A stretch of 64,000 nucleotides of DNA from a virus. Made by a program: the position numbers and the translations under genes. Shown here one piece after another: positions 53,641-62,216 of the stretch; position 1 is the stretch's first letter, and every line of letters begins with the position of its first letter. The stretch lies in the IMG/VR virus record IMGVR_UViG_3300022917_000010, positions 687-64,686 of that record. One strand, given 5' to 3'. The notes under the pieces were generated by a model. It was not told where the DNA came from. It saw only the letters and a program-made list of their open reading frames with translations, and did not search any database.

Positions 53641-54731
53641 CACAAAATCCGCAGGTAAGGGATAAGCCCGATCGTCGGCATCACAAAAGGTGTTGCCGCC
53701 CCGCTCGTATTGTTCGACGTGACCGCGATTGCGTTTGATCCACTGAAAGACCATGAGTTCGCTAATACACCGCCAGTCGGACCCGACGTGGCGCCAGCAG
53801 TGTTCACACTCGGGTTGATAATTCCATTGCCATACATGAAGCCCGTATTTGGGCCTGAGACCGTGATGCTGTTGGCCCCGTTTGATGTGATCCCAGTCGG
53901 GAGTTGCGCAAGCGTCAGCGCCCTCCCTTCGACACCATTGGCGCAGACAGCGCCCACCAATGTCATGGCTGTTCCGCAGCCAGTCGCCGCATTCGTTAGG
54001 CGGAAAGCGGAATTCCCATTGAGAGTATCCAGCGCTGCCACCACGCGCCCCCGCATGTCGATGATGGCGAACTGCCCGCCGGGGCACCCGCCACTCGCAG
54101 GGAACCCCTGCTGCGCCCAATAGGCTGCGTAAGTCGTCGTCGAAATGCACTGCCCCGACGGCGCCACAAAATTGCTGCTGGGAGGCAGCGTCGACGTTGA
54201 CCACAGAATACCGCCCAGCGGCGTCCCGGTATTGCCATAACCGGCCTCGAGCAGCCACGCGCTATTCGACGCGCTGAATGCCACCCGATAGGGTGAACCA
54301 GAGATCAGCGCCCCGGCCGGAATTGTCGTTCCGCTAAGCCAGAGCGGATACGCAGTTCCACCATCCACCTGCAACGTCGGGGCCGCCCCGCTGGTCACAT
54401 GCGCGATAAAGGACAGCATCTGACCATTGACCGGCGTGGTGTTGACGCCTTCCAGCGTCGCCAGAGCATAAGCGGTAGACGTTCCGGTCGTGGTATTCGC
54501 CCCGCTGATATCCGACCGCCACGCGGCCAGCACCGCCATCATGGCGCGCGCTGAATCATTCACCGCCGACGGCGCCATGCCCTCCGCCCAATTGATCGAC
54601 GGATCGGCAGTCGCGTTCGTTGAGGCCGTAGTCGACCACTGCCAGATCGCCGCTTTCAGGCTGCCTGCGCCCAGCGCCACCGATATCGACAGAACAGCGA
54701 GGACGAGAAATTCAATTGTCCGACGTCGCAT
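53640..54731 (-). CDS. Tail fibre with tail-collar domain, preceded by a signal peptide
   Basis: MRRRTIEFLVLAVLSISVALGAGSLKA|AIWQWSTTASTNATADPSINWAEG; collar-like PLGGILW...PSGQCISTTTYAAYW...FAIIDMRGRV. Confidence 0.75.
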   Translation of the reverse strand: MRRRTIEFLVLAVLSISVALGAGSLKAAIWQWSTTASTNATADPSINWAEGMAPSAVNDSARAMMAVLAAWRSDISGANTTTGTSTAYALATLEGVNTTPVNGQMLSFIAHVTSGAAPTLQVDGGTAYPLWLSGTTIPAGALISGSPYRVAFSASNSAWLLEAGYGNTGTPLGGILWSTSTLPPSSNFVAPSGQCISTTTYAAYWAQQGFPASGGCPGGQFAIIDMRGRVVAALDTLNGNSAFRLTNAATGCGTAMTLVGAVCANGVEGRALTLAQLPTGITSNGANSITVSGPNTGFMYGNGIINPSVNTAGATSGPTGGVLANSWSFSGSNAIAVTSNNTSGAATPFVMPTIGLIPYLRIL

Positions 54732-54732
54732 T

Positions 54733-55455
54733 TTACACCCCAATTCCGTATGCCTTGGCCAGCGCCGCGGCGATCTGTTGACTTTGCCCCATCATCGGCT
54801 GGGGCATCTGGATATTTTGCAGCGGCGCATATTCAGGCTGCTGCGGTGCCGCTGGTTGCCCGCCCTGCGACGGATTCAGCGCCGACGCCAACTTGTCGAG
54901 GGCCGACGGTGCCGGCGCGCCCGACCCGACCGCTGGAACCTCCGTAACCGTCGAGGTTGGGTTGATCGGACTGACCGGATCGACCGGCATGGCCTTGGCC
55001 GCCAGAGCGCCCACCGGTGCATCGACGCCGAGCAGCTTCGCAGCCGTGCTCATGTGGCCGGTCATTTGGGAATTCACCTTGTCGGCGACCGTGCCAGGCA
55101 TGCCGCCGTTCGCCGTGTCGCTGCGGTTATACAGCCCCGGCGCGCCGGCGTTGATCGTCGAATAGATATCCATGAGGCCCATGCCGGGCTTTACGCCGCG
55201 GTCGCGCAGGAAGTTCTCGACCGCCTGCATCTGTTCCGGTGCGGTCTGGCCCTCTTTCACGCCGTATTTCGCGCGCTCAGCCTCGCCGAATTGGATAAGC
55301 CCCAGATGATTGTTATTTTTGCCGCCCCAGAGGTTCGGATCGAACTTCCCGCCCGTCTCATAGGAGATCGCCGTGCCTATATGCAGCGGGTCTACCCCGA
55401 GCCGCTTCGCGGAGGCTATGATGGCCGCAGCCAGTTCCGGGTTCATGGAGGCCAT
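54733..55455 (-). CDS. Virion-associated lytic transglycosylase-like ejection protein
   Basis: ISYETGGKFDP...GLIQFG...DIYSTINAG lysozyme-like fold. Confidence 0.7.
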   Translation of the reverse strand: MASMNPELAAAIIASAKRLGVDPLHIGTAISYETGGKFDPNLWGGKNNNHLGLIQFGEAERAKYGVKEGQTAPEQMQAVENFLRDRGVKPGMGLMDIYSTINAGAPGLYNRSDTANGGMPGTVADKVNSQMTGHMSTAAKLLGVDAPVGALAAKAMPVDPVSPINPTSTVTEVPAVGSGAPAPSALDKLASALNPSQGGQPAAPQQPEYAPLQNIQMPQPMMGQSQQIAAALAKAYGIGV

Positions 55456-55612
55456 CTTGCTGATAATCCTGCTTTTCGCCGTCCTGCTCGTCCTGAAACT
55501 CGCCGCTATTGGCCTTGTATATCATTTTGGGGCCGCCAGCGCCCTTATCGTCATCGCCGCGTGCATCCTAATCGCTCACCGAATCGAACCTACCGCTGGG
55601 AAGCCGGTATAG
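55445..55612 (+). CDS. Antisense-oriented two-TM small membrane protein
   Basis: MEAILLIILLFAVLLVLKLAAIGLVYHFGAASALIVIAACILIAHRIEPTAGKPV fills the gap between two ejection genes. Confidence 0.5.
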   Translation: MEAILLIILLFAVLLVLKLAAIGLVYHFGAASALIVIAACILIAHRIEPTAGKPV

Positions 55613-58600
55613 CCTGCCCGACCAGCGCGGGAACACGCGAAACCGGCGCAGGGGCGCGCTTCGGCTGCGCCCCATAGAATAGCCGGACCGCCTCCCGCTT
55701 CGCTTTCCCCTCTTTTGCCGCCTTCCCGAGTGCGTCCAGGCCATACCCGACAGCCGCGCCAGCCGGCCCATGCGTCGCAAAACCTAGCATCGTCATCAGG
55801 TTGTTCGTCGCGCCCTTCAGTATCTTGGCGCCCATCGTCGCGCTGCCCGACGGGTTCGTGGTTCCAGCCATCGGCACCTGGCGCCGGAAGATAGACGCCA
55901 GCTTGGCCATCTCGGCGCGCTCCGCCGTCGTGTTCGCCACTTTCGACACGCCACTTTCGAGATAATCCGAAAGGCGCTTCGACTTTTGCAGCGCGGTGAA
56001 CTCGTTGTGCCCCGCCGGCGCGTTCAGCAGATCGTCAAAGATGCCCTGCCGGACTTGCGTCCAGCTTTCCGGCTTGAGATTCGTCTTGAGGTGCGCCAGC
56101 AGCCGCTCGGCATCGCCGCCGCCGCTGGTGATCATCTTCGTTACCTCGTCGACCGTGGCCGGAACTGAACCATCGGCGCCCGATATGCGCGCGACCTGCT
56201 TGGCAAGCGTCGTGGCCGGCTTCTCGCCCGGCTCAATGCCGCGCAAGCTCCGCGAATAGGCCGAGATCCCCGCCCGATCGTCCGGCGTCAGGATCGTCTT
56301 GCCCCAGCTTGTATTCAGGAAGTCATCCAGCCGCTTCGCCCGCTTGGCCGGCGACAGGCTGGCATCATCCACATATTTGAATGCCCCAGCCTTCCACTGC
56401 GCATATTCCGGCGACTTCTCACCCAGCACCTTTTGCAGCCGCAGCCCGACCTTGACCGAGTTCCCGGTCCCCGGGTTGGACTTCGGACCATAGGACAGCT
56501 TCAGGATATCCTCCGGCGTCGCTGCGGTATCCTCATATCGGCCGAGTATTTTTTCGACGGCGCGGCCGGTTTCATCGCCGGGCCCGCGGCTCGAGAACGT
56601 CTGCCGATACTCCGCATGCGACTTGCGCGCGGCGTCTTGCAATTCCTTGGCCAGTTTCGCGTCGCCGGTGAACTTGCCCGAGGCCAGCGCATCGCCAATC
56701 ACATTGTCGAATTCGCTCAGGATCTTGCCCATCGCGCGCATGTCGGACTTGTCGCCAGAGCGGATGGCCGCCGATTTGGCGTCGCTAAACATCGTCACGA
56801 GCCGCTTGCGCGCTTCATCCATGGTTCGGAGATCGACCGGCTTGGCCGCCGCTGGCGCCGCCTTCTCCGCCACGCGGTCGCCCGGGAAGTCAGAAACCGC
56901 CGCGCGCGCGCCGCCTACCGCGTCTTCCGGCTCCAACTGCCGGAAAGCGGTCTCAACGGCGTCATCGGCAGACATGCCCTCCTCGCGCATGATCGCCGTC
57001 GCGCGCGCCTTGACGTCCGGACCGAGCCCACTGTGGCCGGCCGCCGCCAGATCCTCCTCAAAGCCGCGGTTGATCTGCTCGTTTGCCGCCTGCTCGCGCG
57101 CACTGGTCGCGCCGATCTCGCGCTTGCTCTTGAACCCCTCATGGCCGGCAGGGAATACCTTCTGCCCGCGCAATTCCGCGTCAATCGCGTCAAGAAACTG
57201 CGCCGGCGTCGACGTGCCGCCATCGGTCCCGCGCAAATAGCCTGCCTCTTCCGCCGCCTCGCGCATGCGGTCGATATCCGAGCCGTTCTTGCGGACAACG
57301 CCGAAAAAACCCTTCTGGCCTGGTATCTGCGCGCGATGGCTCTGGTTGAGGCCGATCGCGTCGAGCTCGCCATGCGGACTAAGCCCACCTTTGGAGGCGA
57401 TGAACTCGACCAGGCTTAGCGGCGGAAGCGCGTTCTGCTTGGCGTAGGCATCCGCAACGCTATCGCCAAACTTCGCCCGCAGCGCCGCCACGGTCTCATC
57501 TTCCGTCGCCTTGGCCGGAACTATCGGCGCGGCCGCCTGCGCCGCAGGAGGCGCTTTCGGCACCACGGCATTCTCGAACATGCCGCTATCTTTGCCCACG
57601 GTCTGGTCGATCAGCTTCAGCGCCTTGTTGGCCACCGATTCATTCGTCGGATCAACCCAGATCGGATTCTCGCCAGCATTCAGCCGCGTCCGGATATCCT
57701 CCGCCATGCCGCGCGGCACGCTTTCATCGAAAGTTCCGGGAACCGCGTCCCGCGCCTTGTAAGCCTCGCGGGTAGCCGCCACCTTAGCGTCACGTCGCGC
57801 GGCGACGGCGGCCCCGACACTCTCCGCCGCATCAAACGGAGAGGCCGGGGCCGCGCCCCCACCAAGGCCGCGAGCCAGGGTCTCCCCCTCTGCCCCGACC
57901 CGGGAGATCGCCGACGCTTCGGCAGCCGCCCGGGCCGCCTCCTGCGCCGCTAATTCGGATTGTACGAGTTGAGCCGCCGCCGGTGGCGCGGTGCGAGGAA
58001 CCGCCCCGGACGGATCAAGCGACTGCGAAATGCCGGCCGACGCCTCAGCCAATGCCTTCTGCGCTTCCTCATCGGCCTGCCGCGCGATCGCCTCCGCAGA
58101 CGCCCCGCGCGCGCCGCGGCGCATGATCTCTTCCTCCGCCTGCGCCACCGGATCGGCCGTAGCCTGCCCCGTCGTCAGCGGAACCTTGACGCCAGCGACC
58201 GTTTCGACGTTCTGCGGAACCACGGGAGGCGGATTCCGATAGTCGCGCACCGCCTGCACGCCCTTGCCGACCGCGCGCGCCGCCAGCGGGGCGACCGCGC
58301 CCACCGCGCCGCCGATCGCCGCCGGAGCCACAATATTCTCGCCGCGCACCGCCGCGTCAGCCGCACCGAGCGCCGCATTGGATGCCGCGCCGCGCATCAC
58401 CATCTGCGGCAGCGGACCGGTCAGCCCGAACGCCGCCGGCGCAGCCATCATCATCGGAATGGAACCAGCCACGCCACCAGCAACCTTGGCCGCGGTATCC
58501 ACGATCGGATGCTGCTCCTCGAAACGCTTGTCCATCCCTTCCTGAATGGCCAGCGATTCCTTGCGCCGCTCAGCGAACGTCTTGCCCTTGAGTTGGTCCT

Positions 58601-58877
58601 TTTCATCGAAAAGCGGGTTCAGCACCGGCGCCAGTGCGGCATTTGTCGCAGCATTGGCCTGGTTGAGTAGGCCGCCCACCACCGGGACGCCCGTGGCGGC
58701 CGCGCGCGCGACCTGGTTCGGCGTCACCGGATCCGCTTCCGCCTCTTTGGGCGCCGCCGCCGTCACGCCGATCGACTTGGCGATATCCGAGACCGCAGCA
58801 TTCTGCTGCTCAGGCGACAGCTTCAAAAAGCTATCGTCGACCGTCACCGATTTGTCGCCAATCGTCAGCGTGGGCAT
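55590..58877 (-). CDS. Large DNA ejection (internal virion) protein
   Basis: 1095 aa, Ala-rich helical, N-terminal PTLTIGDKSVTVDDSF, position matching P22 gp16. Confidence 0.75.
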   Translation of the reverse strand: MPTLTIGDKSVTVDDSFLKLSPEQQNAAVSDIAKSIGVTAAAPKEAEADPVTPNQVARAAATGVPVVGGLLNQANAATNAALAPVLNPLFDEKDQLKGKTFAERRKESLAIQEGMDKRFEEQHPIVDTAAKVAGGVAGSIPMMMAAPAAFGLTGPLPQMVMRGAASNAALGAADAAVRGENIVAPAAIGGAVGAVAPLAARAVGKGVQAVRDYRNPPPVVPQNVETVAGVKVPLTTGQATADPVAQAEEEIMRRGARGASAEAIARQADEEAQKALAEASAGISQSLDPSGAVPRTAPPAAAQLVQSELAAQEAARAAAEASAISRVGAEGETLARGLGGGAAPASPFDAAESVGAAVAARRDAKVAATREAYKARDAVPGTFDESVPRGMAEDIRTRLNAGENPIWVDPTNESVANKALKLIDQTVGKDSGMFENAVVPKAPPAAQAAAPIVPAKATEDETVAALRAKFGDSVADAYAKQNALPPLSLVEFIASKGGLSPHGELDAIGLNQSHRAQIPGQKGFFGVVRKNGSDIDRMREAAEEAGYLRGTDGGTSTPAQFLDAIDAELRGQKVFPAGHEGFKSKREIGATSAREQAANEQINRGFEEDLAAAGHSGLGPDVKARATAIMREEGMSADDAVETAFRQLEPEDAVGGARAAVSDFPGDRVAEKAAPAAAKPVDLRTMDEARKRLVTMFSDAKSAAIRSGDKSDMRAMGKILSEFDNVIGDALASGKFTGDAKLAKELQDAARKSHAEYRQTFSSRGPGDETGRAVEKILGRYEDTAATPEDILKLSYGPKSNPGTGNSVKVGLRLQKVLGEKSPEYAQWKAGAFKYVDDASLSPAKRAKRLDDFLNTSWGKTILTPDDRAGISAYSRSLRGIEPGEKPATTLAKQVARISGADGSVPATVDEVTKMITSGGGDAERLLAHLKTNLKPESWTQVRQGIFDDLLNAPAGHNEFTALQKSKRLSDYLESGVSKVANTTAERAEMAKLASIFRRQVPMAGTTNPSGSATMGAKILKGATNNLMTMLGFATHGPAGAAVGYGLDALGKAAKEGKAKREAVRLFYGAQPKRAPAPVSRVPALVGQAIPASQR

Positions 58878-60370
58878 CAGTTAACGCTCCACTGGATTTT
58901 CTGGCCGCCGACGTCGACAGTTCCAGCGCGACCGCCCGAGGCCGCCGCCGGGCGCTGCTGCGGAATGGGGCTGCGACCCTTCTCGACTTCCGTGATCGTA
59001 TATTGCAACTCGCGCTCCAACTGATCGAGCTTCGACCGCACCGTTTTCGTCGTATCCCACGGCTGCAGCTCATAGCGGCTGACGTAGTTCTGAGCCTCCG
59101 ACTGCGACATGCCGGCGCCCGTGAGGTTGCGCAACAGTGCTTCGGCACCGCTTTTGATCTGCCGGTTCAGTTCGCCAGCCCGCCCGACGCCAGCCTTGGC
59201 CTGAATCGCGTCCCACGGCCCGGTCGCGTCGCCCTTCTCAATATCGCGCCGGATATCCGGCAATTGGCCGAGGAACGACTTGGCGAGCCCGAGTCGCGCC
59301 GAAACCTCCGGCGTGACCTTCTCGCCTGGACCGCCCGGGATCGCGACGAGGCCAGCATCCGGATTCTTCGGATCTACCCAGCGATATCCCGACGGCGCGG
59401 CGTTCTTCTCGCCCTTTTCGCGCAGATAGTCCGGATCCGCAGGCCCGCCCTTGATGAAATGCAGCGTGCCGTCAGCGCGCTTCTCGAACCCGGCCGGCGC
59501 CTTCTCATCCTTGGAGAAGTCGCCCAGCACCTCGAGGCCGCCGCCAGGCTTCTCACGCACGACATGCCCGCCGACGACCAGCGGCTTGCCGGTCTCGAAA
59601 TACTTGCCGATCATGGCCTTGAGCAGATCGGGATTGCGCACCGCCGCGCGGACCTCAGCCACCGGCGCGCCGCGCGCGAGCAGCGCCTGCGCCGTCATAT
59701 TCTGCTGTTCCGCCTGCATCGCCAGCGCCTCGCGCTGTTTCAGCATCGACGCGGCCACGCTGTTATCGCCCTGCAGCGCAGCACCCGCGGCCAGCAGCGC
59801 TGGCGCCATGGACTGCGCGCCCGAATTCAGCCGGCTCATAAACGACGGTTCCGCGGCCGGCGGCGCGGCAATGCTCATCGGCGCGGCCGGAGGAGCCGCA
59901 GGGGCCATGGGCGCGGGAGCGGCTTCGCGGTTGACCGAGCTCATATCGGTGGAGACCGGCCGCGGCCGCGGCGTCGGGATCGCACCAGGCGGCAGCGGCT
60001 CCGGCTCAGCTTTGGGCGCGTTGGCCGTCAGGCTCTTGGCCATCGCCAGCGACGGCGGGACCATGCCGAACGGGGAACTATCGGGCGCGCCCGCAGGCGT
60101 GGCACCGGGGAAGCCAGTCCCGGCAGGCGATTGCTCGAGCGCAAGCTGTACGCCCGCGCTGTTCATGTCCGGCATGCCGAACGGGTCAATCCGGCGCTGG
60201 TTGGCGCGGGTCATCCGCTGCCCAGCCGCCTCGCGCGCAGCCTCAGCCAGCGCGGCCTCATCCGGCGGCCGCGGCGCGTCAGGGAATGGCGAGGCCGGCG
60301 GGGCCATCATCGGCGGCTGCCCGCCAGATTGCAGGTTGGCCAGCAGTTCCTCGAGCCAAGTTCCGGCCAT
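58877..60370 (-). CDS. DNA ejection protein
   Basis: 497 aa; Pro-rich N-terminus; APSGYRW...GLVAIPGGP motif; LTGAGMSQSE. Confidence 0.7.
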   Translation of the reverse strand: MAGTWLEELLANLQSGGQPPMMAPPASPFPDAPRPPDEAALAEAAREAAGQRMTRANQRRIDPFGMPDMNSAGVQLALEQSPAGTGFPGATPAGAPDSSPFGMVPPSLAMAKSLTANAPKAEPEPLPPGAIPTPRPRPVSTDMSSVNREAAPAPMAPAAPPAAPMSIAAPPAAEPSFMSRLNSGAQSMAPALLAAGAALQGDNSVAASMLKQREALAMQAEQQNMTAQALLARGAPVAEVRAAVRNPDLLKAMIGKYFETGKPLVVGGHVVREKPGGGLEVLGDFSKDEKAPAGFEKRADGTLHFIKGGPADPDYLREKGEKNAAPSGYRWVDPKNPDAGLVAIPGGPGEKVTPEVSARLGLAKSFLGQLPDIRRDIEKGDATGPWDAIQAKAGVGRAGELNRQIKSGAEALLRNLTGAGMSQSEAQNYVSRYELQPWDTTKTVRSKLDQLERELQYTITEVEKGRSPIPQQRPAAASGGRAGTVDVGGQKIQWSVN

Positions 60371-61477
60371 TTATGCGGCCTCCGCCAACTTGCCGACGCG
60401 CGCTCCGCGCGTGGCCTTGCCATAATCGACCATCAGGAAGCCCGAGGGATGCCGCGCGACCGCTTCCGGCTTATGCTCGATCACTTCCTGCGCCATCAGG
60501 CCGAGGCGGGGCACCGGATCCCCCTTGTACCGATACGAATAGACATTCTGGCCATCGTTGAGCTTGCCGACCGGCGCAATATCTTCCTTCAGGCGCTCAT
60601 CCGAGAACGCCATCAGCGCGCTCGCTGCGCCGAGACCCTTGCCAAATACACCCATGCCGCCGCTGATCGTATCCAGCCACGACGGGTTGCTCGTCTGTGT
60701 CGACGTGCCCTGGCCTTGGCTGTTGCTCCCGAGGCCGGCCAGCGCCACCGACGGCTGCAGCAGCTGCGCCAGATTCTGATACGGCTGGGAATAGGCCGTG
60801 TTCGCCGCGCCGAGCCGCGCCGCGTCGCCCGAGGCATAGAGTCCAGGCAGCGCGCTCGCGCCTTGCAGTCCTGCGAGCATGTTCGTGAAATCCGACTGCC
60901 GCAGGTTCGTGATCCCCGATGCCGTCGACCCAGCACCGGCGAATAGATCGCGGTTCGCACCCGCCATGTTCGAGTAATTCTGGTTGAACTGGTTCGCGAT
61001 CGTCGGCGCGACGCCCTGCGTAATGCCCCGACCGAGCGAACCGGCGAACGACCCCGCGCCGGACGGATCCCGCCCCGAGCCCGCATAGACGCCCTTCGTG
61101 GTCCGCGTCGCATCGTCGATCGCGGTCCGGATCGCATCGCCGAAACCCGGCGTTTCGTATGGATTGAGATTCGCGCCGCTTGCCGTCGCGCCGAGGTTGG
61201 TTTTCATCGTGTCATAGGCGCCCTGCAGCATTCCCACCTGCGGCGAGCTATCCGAAGAGAACAACTTCGAAATCGCATCGGCACCGCTTGCCCCGAAATT
61301 CGGCAGGTTCGACAGCGAATTCTTGAGGCCAGCCAGCGCGCTCGATTGGTCCCCGGTGACGCCCGTGCTCATCCCGCCATATTGGCCCAGCAACTGGCTG
61401 ACCAGCGGCATCGCCTCTTCCCAAGGGCGCGTCTGGCTGGACTGAGTCTGTTGCGTCTCTTTGCTGCTGCTGCTCAT
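60371..61477 (-). CDS. DNA pilot/ejection protein with C-terminal peptidase S74 chaperone-like domain
   Basis: MSSSSKETQQTQSSQTRPW; FSDERLKEDI...VYSYRYKG...GLMAQEV...MVDYG. Confidence 0.8.
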   Translation of the reverse strand: MSSSSKETQQTQSSQTRPWEEAMPLVSQLLGQYGGMSTGVTGDQSSALAGLKNSLSNLPNFGASGADAISKLFSSDSSPQVGMLQGAYDTMKTNLGATASGANLNPYETPGFGDAIRTAIDDATRTTKGVYAGSGRDPSGAGSFAGSLGRGITQGVAPTIANQFNQNYSNMAGANRDLFAGAGSTASGITNLRQSDFTNMLAGLQGASALPGLYASGDAARLGAANTAYSQPYQNLAQLLQPSVALAGLGSNSQGQGTSTQTSNPSWLDTISGGMGVFGKGLGAASALMAFSDERLKEDIAPVGKLNDGQNVYSYRYKGDPVPRLGLMAQEVIEHKPEAVARHPSGFLMVDYGKATRGARVGKLAEAA

Positions 61478-61887
61478 AGAACCTTCTCCAGCCGGACCGA
61501 TCGCACCCGATAACCCTCGAGAACCCGCTTCCAAGCCTCGCGACCGTCCAAAACGACACTAACACAGCCCTCAGCGCGCGCATATTCTTCGATCTTGACG
61601 TGGAAGCGAGACCAGTCCCGCATCCGATCGCCGCCGCACTGGCACATCCAGCACACCAGCCCCGAGCGATGCTTGACGAGCTCCGTGGTCATAGCCGCGA
61701 TAATGACCCCGTTCGCGTCCTCGATCGCCACCCACAACAGCGTCTTGCCGCTGGCAATCCGGTCAAGAATATCGGCGGGCATCAACTCATCGCAGACCGC
61801 AAGCCCCGATTCGATCATGTCCGAAACCCGGGGCCAGATTTGCACCGCAGTCCCAGGCTCAACCGCTTCGACAAGGACAGCCATCAT
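61474..61887 (-). CDS. GNAT-fold-like virion assembly protein (P22 gp14/T7 gp13 position)
   Basis: IWPRV...LLWVA...CGGDRMRDW...IEEYARAEGC...GREAWKRVL. Confidence 0.65.
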   Translation of the reverse strand: MMAVLVEAVEPGTAVQIWPRVSDMIESGLAVCDELMPADILDRIASGKTLLWVAIEDANGVIIAAMTTELVKHRSGLVCWMCQCGGDRMRDWSRFHVKIEEYARAEGCVSVVLDGREAWKRVLEGYRVRSVRLEKVL

Positions 61888-62216
61888 CCACCCGTGCAAG
61901 TGTAGAAGAACCGCCGCACCGTCGCGCTCGCGGAATGAACGATGACAAAATTTCCCTGATCCACCTGTGTCTCGTCGACATAGCACGTACCCGCGCCGTA
62001 TTCCGCCGCCGCGCCCGCGTTCGCCGGCGTCAGCATCGGGAAACAGTCTTTCGAGCAATTCGGATGGGATACGACCGTGGACGTCGCAGGGCCGGGCGCG
62101 AGCTGCACCACGCCGCCAGCGAGATGCCGCCCTTCTACCAATTGAATGACGGAATCCACCATCCGGCGCCAGCCGGCGATATTAAAACCCAAATCGCGGG
62201 GAAGTTGGATCGCCAT
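61884..62216 (-). CDS. Small tail protein
   Basis: 110 aa directly after the nozzle gene. Confidence 0.6.
   Translation of the reverse strand: MAIQLPRDLGFNIAGWRRMVDSVIQLVEGRHLAGGVVQLAPGPATSTVVSHPNCSKDCFPMLTPANAGAAAEYGAGTCYVDETQVDQGNFVIVHSASATVRRFFYTCTGG

Noticed and set aside
53641-54258. N-terminal 200 aa of ORF 53188-54258
   Set aside because: Alternative frame inside the tail-collar fibre gene; the real start is at 53640.
59003-60946. 647-aa plus-strand ORF
   Set aside because: Arg-rich antisense shadow of the ejection genes; no RBS or domain signal.
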